Shown: positions 1 to 9,840, counted from the first letter of the stretch. The stretch: DNA of 49,661 nucleotides from a bacterium (GCA_021787205.1 JAJYME010000005.1:1-49661); one strand, 5' to 3'. Notes: generated by a model from the sequence alone, not told the origin. Program-made: numbers and translations.

Positions 1-1117
1 TTATATTATCGAAAGTGGAGTTATTGGCATTGCATAGAATAAGAGAGGAATACTCTTTGTTAGAAACAGCAACAGTGGAGTTAAAAAACGCTATTTCCTT
101 ATCGCCAGTTCCAGTCGTGTTGGATATCTGATTTGAACATGTAGAACCGTCATATACCCCTTCAACCTTGAAATCAATATCGGTATTATCCTTGGTTACG
201 TTATAGTCAAAATTATTTTCGGTCGAGCCAGAACTCATCTCGATTCCAGATCCTCCGTTAAGAACGGTTGTGTTTGCGGTGATTACATTACCACTATCAA
301 AAGTCAAAAAGATTCCGGAATAAGAATTATGATTAGAAGAGTTGGCAGTTATTTGATTTCCAGAGGAATGCTGCATCCATATCCCATAACTGGAGTCAGT
401 AACCGTATTGCTTGTCATAATTCCGTTGGTAATTCCATGAAACATCATGCCAAAACTGGCATTGGTTATTGTTGTATTTTTCACAATAATACCATTTTTA
501 TCCTCGGCATATATCCCAATATTACTTCTGGTGGGATTTATAGTGTGATAATTGCCATCAAGAGTTATATTATTTGAATCAATCTGGATAGTCTCATCGA
601 CGTCTTGGGTCAGGGTGCAAGTCAAAGTATTCTGATCCCAAGTTCCAAATTGAGAACAAGCTCCCCCATCGGTAGAATTAATATATTTGGTGGATTTATG
701 GGTTTTGATAAAGATAAGATGATTTTCTTTGATATCTTGCTTGAATTCTATCTCTCCATTACTGTTTGATATTATTTCCTCCAAATTGTGGAAATTATCA
801 GCATATTTATAATATTTTGTGTTAGGCTTTAGATTTTGGACTAAAAGCTTGGTATTCCCCGAATCTTTGTTTATATTAATCAGAATTACTTCCGGTATGG
901 AAATAATATCGAGATCGGTTGGTTTGCTGGAAATTACCTTGATGGGTAAGCCATCGACATCCATCGCTTCAAAAATAGTGTCGTTGGCGGTTTTCTTTGT
1001 CCAACCGGCAGGATTCATCATTAATTCCTTGTTCTGAGGATTTATTTTGGCTTGCGATAAGGATGGAATAAGGATGGCCGCTAGAGATAGTGTTAGTAGT
1101 AGTTTGTTTAGTTTCAT
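1..1117 (-). CDS. Exported protein with right-handed parallel beta-helix (NosD/CASH-like) repeats; 3' end runs out of the window
   Basis: Not in the ORF track; manually translated from ATG at 1117: MKLNKLLLTLSLAAILIPSLSQA (signal peptide) ... TIQIDSNNITLDGNYHTI ... GIYAEDKNGIIVKNTTITNASFGMMFHGITNGIMTSNTVTDSSYGIWMQHSSGNQITAN. The frame is open to position 1 and AT-rich. Confidence 0.8.
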   Translation of the reverse strand, partial: MKLNKLLLTLSLAAILIPSLSQAKINPQNKELMMNPAGWTKKTANDTIFEAMDVDGLPIKVISSKPTDLDIISIPEVILININKDSGNTKLLVQNLKPNTKYYKYADNFHNLEEIISNSNGEIEFKQDIKENHLIFIKTHKSTKYINSTDGGACSQFGTWDQNTLTCTLTQDVDETIQIDSNNITLDGNYHTINPTRSNIGIYAEDKNGIIVKNTTITNASFGMMFHGITNGIMTSNTVTDSSYGIWMQHSSGNQITANSSNHNSYSGIFLTFDSGNVITANTTVLNGGSGIEMSSGSTENNFDYNVTKDNTDIDFKVEGVYDGSTCSNQISNTTGTGDKEIAFFNSTVAVSNKEYSSLILCNANNSTFDNI

Positions 1118-1157
1118 AAGAATTTATAATTCTTTATTTTTATTTATATTTGTTTTT

Positions 1158-1184
1158 CTGGATTCCCGCCTACGCGGGAATGAC
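1158..1184. repeat. REP/dRS3-like palindrome (GTCATTCCCGCGTAGGCGGGAATCCAG on the minus strand)
   Basis: ATTCCC-N8-GGGAAT core flanked by GTC and CCAG, the form of a widespread small palindromic repeat. Confidence 0.65.
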
Positions 1185-1269
1185 GCGAGCACATAAAATT
1201 CCCGCATATGTTAGCGGGAAGATATTATTTTCTCATGGCGCTCGTGGCGATGTAAAATCCATTATATTT

Positions 1270-1323
1270 ATTTTACCAAATAAGATGTTAAGAAAAGGTA
1301 AAAAATTGTTAAGGAATTGTTAA
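1270..1323 (-). promoter_or_regulatory. Direct-repeat box array 1 (TTAACA-N5 type) with extended -10
   Basis: Minus strand TTAACA-ATTCC-TTAACA-ATTT-TTTACC-TTTTC-TTAACA, then 10 nt ending TGG, then TAAAAT. Confidence 0.8.
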
Positions 1324-1451
1324 AGTTTTACAAAATACCAGATAAAATGCGGTTTTAAAAAGTGATTTTCCTGATAAAAATCTTATCTACAGGACAATGT
1401 AATAAATTAGGCAAAACAAAAACAAGGCGATTGCCTTGTTTTTTTGAAACC

Positions 1452-2777
1452 TTATATCTTTTTAAGGACGAGGGCCATGAACATTGGAATCTCCTTTCGA
1501 GCCCTGTTCTCGGCATCAGCTCTCGCGCCGACGCTGTTTTTCTCGGAAACCCATTCTTCAAGACGGGTAACGGCGAGACCAGCCTTATCAAACGCCTTGA
1601 AATAATGCTGAAGCGGATGATGAAAAGAAACAGTCGTCTCGGAAGTCTTATCACCGGGATGCATCTCTATAGTCTCCCTCGAATCGGAAATATAGCGCTC
1701 TATCTTTCTGTATTGGACGCTATGATCTTCAGCAAAGCCCCAAGAGGATTGCTTCGGAATTCGGAAGCAAGGATGATTCAAGACAATAACAATCCTGCCA
1801 TCATCTTTGATGACGCGGCTCATCTCCGCCACGACCTCCCTATCTTTCTCGATGTTCTGCAATGCCAGAACGATAGCCGCCTTATCGTATGATTTATCAG
1901 CAATAGCTGACATGTCGTCCGCGGGCGAGACCATATATTCTATTTCCGCAGGAGAATTTTTCTTAGCAAGCTCGATAAGCTCAGGAGAAATATCAGCTCC
2001 TGTAACCTTGGCGCCAGCCTCGTGAAAAGCGCGGCTCATATTGCCTTCTCCGCAAGCGAATTCGATAACGCTATCACCTGGTTTGATATCCATCAAGCGA
2101 ACAAGATTGGGAATAATCAGACTCTTCTGATAGCTATCCTCTTTCGCAACCGTACCTTGGTACCAAGCGGCTACCTTACCCCAAGAAGTTTCCTTCTTAT
2201 CGGCAACGGTTTCGCTGGCAGCGAACTTGTCTTCAAACTTTCTGTCAAAGCTTCTCGGACGATCTCCGAAGCTCCTCCTGGCACCGAAACCACCCCGATC
2301 ACCAAAGCTCTTTCTTTCACCGAAGGGCTTTCTGTCGCCGAAGCTTCTGGGACGATCACCAAAGCTCCTTCTTTCACCAAAAGGTTTTCTATCGCCAAAG
2401 CTCTTTCTTTCACCAAAAGGCTTTCTGTCGCCAAATTCTTTTCTGGCACCGAAACCGCCTCGATCACCAAGGCTCTTTCTTTCACCGAAGGGCTTTCTGT
2501 CGCCGAAGGGCTTTCTGTCACCGAAGCTTCTGGGACGATCACCAAAGCTCCTTCTTTCACCAAAAGGTTTTCTGTCGCCAAAACTCCTTCTTTCGCCGAA
2601 GCCCTCGCTCTTTGATCCAAATTCTCTTTTCTTAAAACCTCCTTGTCGGTCGCCGAACTTTTTATCGCCGAACCCGCCTCTATCGCCAAAGCTCTTTCTA
2701 GCCCCGAATCCTCTTCGGTCGCCAAAGCTTTTTCCATCTCTTCTGCCGCCTTTATTTTCTCTTTTAAAATTATTCAT
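1452..2777 (-). CDS. Class I SAM-dependent methyltransferase with a long N-terminal low-complexity repeat region
   Basis: C-terminal half has VIEFACGEG (motif I), VTGADISPELIELA and IVLNHPCF. N-terminal ~180 aa consists of FG[D/E]Rxx repeats. Confidence 0.85.
   Translation of the reverse strand: MNNFKRENKGGRRDGKSFGDRRGFGARKSFGDRGGFGDKKFGDRQGGFKKREFGSKSEGFGERRSFGDRKPFGERRSFGDRPRSFGDRKPFGDRKPFGERKSLGDRGGFGARKEFGDRKPFGERKSFGDRKPFGERRSFGDRPRSFGDRKPFGERKSFGDRGGFGARRSFGDRPRSFDRKFEDKFAASETVADKKETSWGKVAAWYQGTVAKEDSYQKSLIIPNLVRLMDIKPGDSVIEFACGEGNMSRAFHEAGAKVTGADISPELIELAKKNSPAEIEYMVSPADDMSAIADKSYDKAAIVLALQNIEKDREVVAEMSRVIKDDGRIVIVLNHPCFRIPKQSSWGFAEDHSVQYRKIERYISDSRETIEMHPGDKTSETTVSFHHPLQHYFKAFDKAGLAVTRLEEWVSEKNSVGARADAENRARKEIPMFMALVLKKI
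2243..2730 (-). repeat. Coding tandem repeat, ~18-nt (6-aa) unit FG[D/E]R(KP/RS/KS/GG)
   Basis: More than 20 degenerate copies are visible in protein and DNA, including longer duplicated blocks such as GCTTCTGGGACGATCACCAAAGCTCCTTCTTTCACCAAAAGGTTTTCT. Confidence 0.9.
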
Positions 2778-3794
2778 TTATTTTTTGAACCAAACATTAC
2801 CATCAACTTTGATTTCATATGCCGTAACGGTCGGGAATTGTTTCAGAATAGTCGCCAACTGACTCTTCATTCCCCTTGCAGCGCAGTCATCTTTCAAAGA
2901 CGGAAGCAGTTCTTTTGAGAAATCAATTATGACATCTTTTCCGTCATTGTCAAATTGAAAGCGATTGATTTTGATAGTCCCAGGGAAAGCAGTTTTCAGC
3001 CCCGCTTTGGTTTCAGTCGCCACCGGACCAGACATCGCCTCCTCGATCGAAGCCCTGATTGACGAACGCGAAGCGTTGATTAGACGGGATTTCAAAACGA
3101 CGGCACCGCATTTGGAACCTTGAAGATAAGGGATATTAACCTTAGCCATCATCCCTCCTTTATAAGTGAAGGAGAAGTTCCTGATATCATTTCCCTGAAT
3201 AACCGATATCTTTACATTATCGCCATCCATGATGTCGTTGGCGGTCTTGAGATCAGCAACGAAGGCGAACTTCTTATAGTATTCCAAACCGGAGGGAAGG
3301 GAGATGTCGTCCTCCAGATATTTTTCCCCAGTCCTCGTATTCTGGACCGAGACCTTAATGCCATCGCCAGTCGGATGTATATAACCCTCGACATTAAAAC
3401 TTATATTGACGGGGGTCAGCGATTGGGGCGCCGAGATGATCACAGGAGGCAATTCGGAAATGACAATCGAATCGGCCAGGTTATCCTTGTTGGTAACACC
3501 AACCGAAATACCGGGAGCCAAATAGGTGAGGTTTGCGGGATTGCCCTTATCATCAACAATCTGGGTCTTTTCATCAAGATTGAATTTCTCAACTCCGACA
3601 TCGGTCGAGACAGCAATCTCGGTCGACGAAACGGAGATTACCTTGCCGGAAACAATTGTCCTTTTAAGCCCGGGGAGATTTTGAATGATCCCCGGCTCAT
3701 TGGTCGGCTTGTTCATTATTTTAAAAACAAAATAACCGCCGAGTGCTAATATGACCACGATTAAGATTATTGTTAAAGCTCTTTTAACATTCAT
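2778..3794 (-). CDS. Membrane-anchored protein with C-terminal GerMN domain
   Basis: N-terminal TM helix. C-terminal EEAMSGP...LKTAFP...IIDFSKE...QLATILKQFPTV...IKVDG is typical of GerMN. Confidence 0.75.
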   Translation of the reverse strand: MNVKRALTIILIVVILALGGYFVFKIMNKPTNEPGIIQNLPGLKRTIVSGKVISVSSTEIAVSTDVGVEKFNLDEKTQIVDDKGNPANLTYLAPGISVGVTNKDNLADSIVISELPPVIISAPQSLTPVNISFNVEGYIHPTGDGIKVSVQNTRTGEKYLEDDISLPSGLEYYKKFAFVADLKTANDIMDGDNVKISVIQGNDIRNFSFTYKGGMMAKVNIPYLQGSKCGAVVLKSRLINASRSSIRASIEEAMSGPVATETKAGLKTAFPGTIKINRFQFDNDGKDVIIDFSKELLPSLKDDCAARGMKSQLATILKQFPTVTAYEIKVDGNVWFKK

Positions 3795-3835
3795 GATATT
3801 TTTATTATAGCTTTTCTCCCGCTTCCCTGAAAGTG

Positions 3836-3863
3836 AAAAACACTCCTAACGGGAGTGTTTTTT
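3836..3863 (-). terminator. Intrinsic terminator after the znu operon
   Basis: AAAAACACTCC-TAACG-GGAGTGTTTTT hairpin with A/T tracts. Confidence 0.75.
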
Positions 3864-3868
3864 GATTC

Positions 3869-4687
3869 TTATTTATTTTCAGTCTTGATAAGCGATAAGA
3901 CGCCGAACAAGAAAAGAACCGCTGAGCCGATGATGACAATGGTGGCGCCGGTCGGAAGATTAAGGATATAGGAAATAAGAAGACCGGAGACGACGATCAT
4001 TTCCGAAGAGATGACCGAGGCCCAGACGACACCCCGGAAAGACTTGGCGATAAATCTGGAGATGGAAACCGGGATAATCATCATCGAGGAAACAAGCATG
4101 ATTCCCAAAACCTTGATGCCAAGGACGACAGTCACCGCGGTGATAATGTAAAACAAGGGTTTCAAGACATCTACCCTCATGCCGCTAGTCTTAGCCAGGT
4201 CCTCGTCCAAAGACATCACTGTGAGCTCCCTCTTAAAAAGAAGCAAGAAGACCAGGAGAACTAGAGCGATACCGCTGATCAGATAAACTTCGCTCTGCCT
4301 GACAGAAAGAATGTTGCCAAATAAGAAACTCATCAACTCCGGCTTATAGCCCTTCGAGAAGCCGATAAAAAGAGCGCCTAGCGCCATACCGAAGGAGAAG
4401 ATAATCCCGATAGCCGAATCTCCCGAAATCCCCTTCTTTTCCAAGACATAAATGACGAGGGAAAAGATGATGGCGGAGACGATGGCGGTAAGCAAAGGAC
4501 TGGTGCCCAAAAGCAATCCGAGGGCGATACCCGAGAGGCTGGCGTGAGCGATTCCCTCACCGAAGAAAGACATCCTCTTAAGGGTGATAAAGACGCCTAG
4601 ATAGCTTATCAAGCCGCCCAAGATCAGGCCGATGACAAGAGCCCGGCTCATAAAGGCATATTGAAAGATGTTCAAAAAATTATCCAT
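3869..4687 (-). CDS. znuB: Zn/Mn ABC transporter permease
   Basis: RMSFFGEGIAHASLSG motif, multiple TM helices, operon context. Confidence 0.88.
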   Translation of the reverse strand: MDNFLNIFQYAFMSRALVIGLILGGLISYLGVFITLKRMSFFGEGIAHASLSGIALGLLLGTSPLLTAIVSAIIFSLVIYVLEKKGISGDSAIGIIFSFGMALGALFIGFSKGYKPELMSFLFGNILSVRQSEVYLISGIALVLLVFLLLFKRELTVMSLDEDLAKTSGMRVDVLKPLFYIITAVTVVLGIKVLGIMLVSSMMIIPVSISRFIAKSFRGVVWASVISSEMIVVSGLLISYILNLPTGATIVIIGSAVLFLFGVLSLIKTENK

Positions 4688-5414
4688 GGTTGTGATGTAT
4701 TGAATGCGCGTGACCGTGGCGATTGGTTTCTTTCAGATGACTTGAGGTATAGATGTCTTCCATTTTTTCAGAATTCAGCAATTCCTCGGGACTGCCGATG
4801 GAGATTATCTCCTTATTGATAGCGACGACCTTATCGGCAAAGCGATAGACCAGATCTATCTCGTGAGAGACGAAGACGATGCTTGTCGCATATTCGTCCC
4901 TGACCTTATTCACAAGCTCGGCAAATTCCTTGACCCCTTTAGGATCGATTCCGGTAGTAGCCTCGTCAAGCAGGATGAGGCAAGGATGCAAAATGACCGC
5001 CTTGGCGAGCATTACCTTCTGCAATTCGCCACCAGAGAGATCGCCGATCCTTTTGTCCAACAATCCGGAGATATCGATAACTGACAAAACACCTTCGATT
5101 TCCTTATCGCTGACGGCAGTCGTCATCTTTATAAATTCACGGACCAGAAGCGGAAAATTCTTGTCGAAGACAAACCGCTGGGGAACGTAGCCGATGTGCT
5201 TAACCCGAGAATGATTCTTATTCCCGCAGACGGAAATGTCTCCTTCATAAGGGATGAGGTCCAGGACGGCTTTCAAAGTCGTCGTCTTCCCGGCGCCGTT
5301 CGGCCCGATAAGAGCTACGATCTCCTTCGGCATGACATCGAAAGAAACGTCCTTCACGAGCTCGACGCCCTTGACCGCGATATTCAGATTTTTTACTGAT
5401 AAAATAGGATTCAT
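4680..5414 (-). CDS. znuC: Zn/Mn ABC transporter ATP-binding protein
   Basis: GPNGAGKT, IGYVPQ, LSGGE, LLDEA; His-rich tail. Confidence 0.88.
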   Translation of the reverse strand: MNPILSVKNLNIAVKGVELVKDVSFDVMPKEIVALIGPNGAGKTTTLKAVLDLIPYEGDISVCGNKNHSRVKHIGYVPQRFVFDKNFPLLVREFIKMTTAVSDKEIEGVLSVIDISGLLDKRIGDLSGGELQKVMLAKAVILHPCLILLDEATTGIDPKGVKEFAELVNKVRDEYATSIVFVSHEIDLVYRFADKVVAINKEIISIGSPEELLNSEKMEDIYTSSHLKETNRHGHAHSIHHNHG

Positions 5415-5415
5415 A

Positions 5416-6309
5416 TTATCTTAAAGCATCTTTGATACTGATGACGTTTCGACGCATAAGGCTGATGTAGGTATCCCCCGGCATTCCACCTTCGGCATCC
5501 AAGATGCCGGTTTTCAAGTAGTAATCTTTGGCAAAAGAGTCGACTACATCCCGGGAAAACTCCGGTTCGTAAAAGACCGCCTTGGCGTGAGCATAGTTTG
5601 CCGCATCGCCGACAGCTTTGATATTTCCAGGGGTTATTTCCTTGCCCGGAGAAGAGAGAAGGACAGCAGCGATCTTAAGATCATAACGGCTGGCAAAATA
5701 TCCCCAAGCGTCATGGAAGGTGATAAGGCCCTCCCCGGCAAACGGCTGAAGCTCCTGCTTGATCTCATTGTCCAGGCTCGCAAGGTCTCCATCCAACTTC
5801 TTATAGTTAGCGGTATAGGTATTCCTGCCTTCAGGATCGGTTTCTACCATCCGATCATAAATATTCCTTGCCATAATCTGGGCATTGGACGGGATCGTCC
5901 AATAATGCGGATCATAACCAGTCCCCTCGCTGCCCGCCTCTTCGCCAAATGCCTTTATTTCAAATTTTTGGAAAGGAATATCCTTGTCTACCTTGTAAAG
6001 TTTGTTTCCGGAAACGGAATCGATCCAATCATCGACAATCCCGATCTTAAAGACAACTCTCGAAGTGGCTACGCGCGACGCCACCTGAGGGGTAATCTCA
6101 AAGGTGTGGGGAGAGGCTCCCTGAGGCAGGATCAAACGGACTTCGGCCCTGTCTCCAGCGATTTCCCGAGCCAGATCATAAACCGGGAAAATAGTGGCGG
6201 CATAAGTTATCTTATCCGATTTTGGGGACTTATTCCCCGATAAGGCAAAAAGGACGACGCCCCCGACGATAACAACTAGAAAGGCGGCCATTGCCAACAT
6301 TTTTTTCAT
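5416..6309 (-). CDS. znuA: Zn/Mn ABC transporter substrate-binding protein
   Basis: SPHTFE, DPHYW, TFHDAWGYF metal-ligand motifs. Start moved to ATG at 6309, 7 nt after TATACT. Confidence 0.88.
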   Translation of the reverse strand: MKKMLAMAAFLVVIVGGVVLFALSGNKSPKSDKITYAATIFPVYDLAREIAGDRAEVRLILPQGASPHTFEITPQVASRVATSRVVFKIGIVDDWIDSVSGNKLYKVDKDIPFQKFEIKAFGEEAGSEGTGYDPHYWTIPSNAQIMARNIYDRMVETDPEGRNTYTANYKKLDGDLASLDNEIKQELQPFAGEGLITFHDAWGYFASRYDLKIAAVLLSSPGKEITPGNIKAVGDAANYAHAKAVFYEPEFSRDVVDSFAKDYYLKTGILDAEGGMPGDTYISLMRRNVISIKDALR

Positions 6310-6415
6310 AATTGTAAGTATAGCCAAAGACAGGCAGGAAATCCAAATGAGGAGAAAGCAGGAGCCAAGGGTTCCTATTTTTGACGAACGCAGGAATTTT
6401 ATGAGCGAAACAAAT

Positions 6416-6441
6416 AAAATCCCGCCAGGGGGCGGGATTTT
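6416..6441 (-). terminator. Intrinsic terminator after nrdG
   Basis: AAAATCCCGCC-AGGG-GGCGGGATTTT. Confidence 0.75.
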
Positions 6442-6443
6442 AT

Positions 6444-7133
6444 TTATCTTGAAAAAATGCTTTCCGAAAGATGAGGGAGGGCGGCTTTGAGGATTCCGGC
6501 CACTTCTTCTGAGGAGTGGACCTTATCCGGTTTGGTTATCCCTCCGAGAGTCTTCTCATATCTGATGTCCTGGAGATAATATTTTTCCTTCGGCAAAAGA
6601 TCCTTGGCAATCTCGAAATAATCCTCTATCTCAAAAAGATTAGGGTAGATGGTCGTCCTGAATTCATAAGATATGTCAGAAGAGCGCAAGATCTCCATAC
6701 TCTCCAGGAAGTGCTCATATTTGAAGTTCTCTCCGGAAATAAAAATATATTTATTTTTTGGAGCCTTGATATCCATTGCCACATAATCAACCAGATTATT
6801 TTTCAAAAGATCGGAAACCATCTTGGGATTCGAACCGTTGGTATCAAGCTTTATTTTAAAACGGATAGCTCTTAAGGCGGTCAAGAACTCCGGGAGGTCG
6901 CTCTGGAGAGTCGGTTCCCCGCCGGTGATTACCACACCGTCAATCATCTTTTTGGAATTCTTAAGGATCTCCAAGATATCAGGCTCGCTCAGCAACTTTC
7001 CGGAATAATTATTGATGAGATCGGGATTGTGGCAATAAGGACAACGAAAATTGCAGCCAGCGGTAAAAACGATCGAAGAGATCGTCTCCGGGAAATCAAT
7101 CAAACTTAATTTTTGGAAGCCGCCGATAAGCAT
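6444..7133 (-). CDS. nrdG: Anaerobic ribonucleotide reductase activating protein (radical SAM)
   Basis: GCNFRCPYCHN, ITGGEPTLQ, KLDTNG; adjacent to nrdD. Confidence 0.93.
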   Translation of the reverse strand: MLIGGFQKLSLIDFPETISSIVFTAGCNFRCPYCHNPDLINNYSGKLLSEPDILEILKNSKKMIDGVVITGGEPTLQSDLPEFLTALRAIRFKIKLDTNGSNPKMVSDLLKNNLVDYVAMDIKAPKNKYIFISGENFKYEHFLESMEILRSSDISYEFRTTIYPNLFEIEDYFEIAKDLLPKEKYYLQDIRYEKTLGGITKPDKVHSSEEVAGILKAALPHLSESIFSR

Positions 7134-7149
7134 TCTTCTTTTACCTTTA

Positions 7150-9207
7150 TTATTCTTTTACGATATATTCGGTTCTCTCCGCGAACTCCGATTGCTTTCC
7201 CTTATTCCATTCCCCGACCGGTCGGTAGAAACCGACAACGCGGGACCAGATCTCGGTCTTCTTATCGCATTTCGGGCAAGCCTTGACCTCTCCGGACAAA
7301 TAACCATGGTCAGGACAGATGCTGAAGGTGGGAGTGATGGTGATGTAGGGAAGATGATAATTGTCGGTGACTTTTTTGACGAAATCCCGGCAAGTCTTCC
7401 AATCGTTAATCCTCTCTCCCAAGAACAGATGGAGAACGGTGCCGCCGGTATATTTGGTCTGGAGCTCATCCTGATGATCGAGGGCCATAAGCGGATCTTC
7501 AGTGTAATCAACCGGGAGATGGGTAGAGTTGGTATAGTAGGGCGCATCGGGAGTGCCGGCAGTATGGATATCCGGATAGAGCTTTACATCCTCCTTAGCA
7601 AACCTATAGGTAGCGCCCTCTCCAGGGGTGGCTTCCAAGTTATAGAGATTGCCAGTCTCTTCCTGATACTCCTTGAGCTTCTGCCTGATGAAGTCCATCA
7701 CTTTCAGAGCGAATTCCCTGCCTTCTTTATCGGCAATGTCCTTGCCCAAATAATTGAGCAACGACTCGTTCATACCGTTGATGCCGATGGTGGAGAAGTG
7801 GTTATGCCAAGTTCCCAAATATCTTTTGGTGTAAGGCAAAAGCCCTCTTTCCAAATTATCGGTAATCGCCTTCCTCTTCATCTCAAGGGAAATCTTTGCC
7901 AAATCCATCAGCCTCTCAAGCCTGTCAAAATATTCTCCTTCAGTCTTGGCAAGATAGCCGATTCTCGAAAGATTGATAGTGACGACGCCGATAGAACCAG
8001 TCATCTCGGCCGAGCCGAAGAGACCGCCGCCACGGGAACGAAGCTCCTTGAGATCTAACTGAAGCCTGCAGCACATAGAACGGACGTCTGACGGATTAAG
8101 GTTCGAATTGACGAAGTTTTGGAAATACGGAGTGCCGAATTTCGCTGTCATTTCAAAAAGCAAAGGAACGTTCTCGTTCTCCCAATCGAAATCCTTGGTG
8201 ATGTTGTAGGTCGGGATCGGGAAAGTGAAGGCTCGGCCGCTCCTGTCTCCGGCGGTCATAACCTCGATAAAAGCCTTATTGACCAAATCCATCTCCTTCT
8301 GGCAGTCGGCATAAGTGAAATCAACCGCCTTGCCGCCAATGACAGGGTGCCTGGTTCTCATATCCTCGGGGCAAACCCAATCAAGAGTGATGTTGGTGAA
8401 GGGAGTCTGCATTCCCCAACGCGAAGGAACGTTCAGATTGAAAACGAATTGTTGGATACCCTGCTTGATATCCTTGTAGTCCAAATTGTCGGATTTAACA
8501 AACGGAGCAAGATAAGTATCAAATGAAGAGAAAGCTTGGGCGCCGGCGAACTCATTCTGCATGGTTCCCAAGAAGTTGATCATCTGACCGATAGCGGTAT
8601 CAAAATGTTTTGGAGGCAAAGAGCCGACTTTGTTGTCCACCCCGTTAAAACCTTCTTCCAAGAGCTGTCTCAGAGACCAGCCGGCGCAATATCCGGCAAA
8701 AAAATCGAGGTCGTGGATGTGGAGGTCTCCCGAACGATGAGCTTTGCGAATCTCTTCGGTATAAATGTAGTCCAGCCAGTAATTGGCAACGATCTTGCCG
8801 GAGATTCTCATAATCATGCCTCCGATCGAATAACCCATATTGGCATTTTCCTTGACGCGCCAGTCGGCTTGGTTGACGTACTCGTCGATGGCGTCTTGGA
8901 CGGCGATGACCGTTCCCCTGCTCGAACGAGCCTCAGTTCTCTTCTCCCGGTAAATGATGTAGGCCCGGGCCGTCTTGAAATAACCGTCGGACATCAAGGA
9001 ATTTTCTACCAGGTCCTGGATTGTCTCAACGGAGACCTCATCCTGGTATTCCTTGGAACTTTTAAGGAAGTTCTCCACCGTATCGGTGATTTGCTGGGCT
9101 TCCGCCTCGCCAAATTCCGCCGTTGCCTCCGCTGCCTTGACGATGGCGTTAAATATTCTTTTGGGATCAAATTCCACTTTTGATCCGTCTCTTTTGATGA
9201 CTAGCAT
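7150..9207 (-). CDS. nrdD: Class III (anaerobic) ribonucleoside-triphosphate reductase with ATP cone
   Basis: N-terminal VIKRDG ATP cone, RSMCCRL finger loop, CPDHGY...CPKC Zn site, SRVVGFYRP glycyl-radical motif. Confidence 0.96.
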   Translation of the reverse strand: MLVIKRDGSKVEFDPKRIFNAIVKAAEATAEFGEAEAQQITDTVENFLKSSKEYQDEVSVETIQDLVENSLMSDGYFKTARAYIIYREKRTEARSSRGTVIAVQDAIDEYVNQADWRVKENANMGYSIGGMIMRISGKIVANYWLDYIYTEEIRKAHRSGDLHIHDLDFFAGYCAGWSLRQLLEEGFNGVDNKVGSLPPKHFDTAIGQMINFLGTMQNEFAGAQAFSSFDTYLAPFVKSDNLDYKDIKQGIQQFVFNLNVPSRWGMQTPFTNITLDWVCPEDMRTRHPVIGGKAVDFTYADCQKEMDLVNKAFIEVMTAGDRSGRAFTFPIPTYNITKDFDWENENVPLLFEMTAKFGTPYFQNFVNSNLNPSDVRSMCCRLQLDLKELRSRGGGLFGSAEMTGSIGVVTINLSRIGYLAKTEGEYFDRLERLMDLAKISLEMKRKAITDNLERGLLPYTKRYLGTWHNHFSTIGINGMNESLLNYLGKDIADKEGREFALKVMDFIRQKLKEYQEETGNLYNLEATPGEGATYRFAKEDVKLYPDIHTAGTPDAPYYTNSTHLPVDYTEDPLMALDHQDELQTKYTGGTVLHLFLGERINDWKTCRDFVKKVTDNYHLPYITITPTFSICPDHGYLSGEVKACPKCDKKTEIWSRVVGFYRPVGEWNKGKQSEFAERTEYIVKE

Positions 9208-9408
9208 CGTTCTAATGTTCTTATTTTATTCTTATTATCCGACGTTTGTTTTATCTTAACTTCATTGTACCCCTTCGGGGCCGATATTGAACGAAACCCA
9301 AAAACAAGGCGGAATCCACCGGTTGGACAAAAAAATAAAAAAGTCGGCAAGTTCTCCACAGGAGATCGCCGACCATTTTTCTAGCTGTCAATGAAGTTAT
9401 ACACCGAA

Positions 9409-9837
9409 TTAAACGGAATGCGTCAAGATTTCCAGGATTTCAAAGGGATTGGCCTTGGTGTAGTTGCCAAATCTATCAGAGACGATAACTTTCTTCGCTT
9501 GAGGCGGAATCGCTTCTAAAATCGTGGTTTTATCCTGCTTGGTCGTCAGGATGAAGACCTCCTCATACTCGCTTTTCCAGTTAGTCTCAAGATATTTCTC
9601 CAGCTCTACAGCAAAATCCCTCTTTTCCATTTCCTCCAACTTTGATAGGGGTGCCCCTCCCAACTCGTGCCCGAAACGCCCCTCCTTGTCGGAATAATGG
9701 ACTTCCGGGGCTTTAATTTCAGAAATAAGATTAATCTCCCCGCTCAAGACAGCGTAAATATTGGCCGCTTTCTCAGCGGAGACGATAATTAAAGCCGACT
9801 TATCGATAAATTGCTTATAATTTTCTGATATTTTCAT
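9409..9837 (-). CDS. Hypothetical protein, possibly host-attachment/baeRF-like family
   Basis: Clean 142-aa ORF at the end of the pspC operon. The YSDKEGRF segment and size resemble this family; the family call is tentative. Confidence 0.55.
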   Translation of the reverse strand: MKISENYKQFIDKSALIIVSAEKAANIYAVLSGEINLISEIKAPEVHYSDKEGRFGHELGGAPLSKLEEMEKRDFAVELEKYLETNWKSEYEEVFILTTKQDKTTILEAIPPQAKKVIVSDRFGNYTKANPFEILEILTHSV

Positions 9838-9840
9838 ATT

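Noticed and set aside
2243-2730. Long overlapping ORFs in several frames (2022-2615, 2171-2737, 2227-2862) as extra genes
   Set aside because: They are shadows of the stop-free 18-nt coding repeat in the methyltransferase gene.
7051-9183. Long plus-strand ORFs opposite nrdD, and similar antisense ORFs across the window
   Set aside because: Antisense shadows of well-supported genes, with no motifs of their own.
9208-9408. NrdR boxes or a riboswitch upstream of nrdD
   Set aside because: No convincing NrdR palindrome or recognisable riboswitch core; the main hairpin is explained as the upstream operon's terminator.
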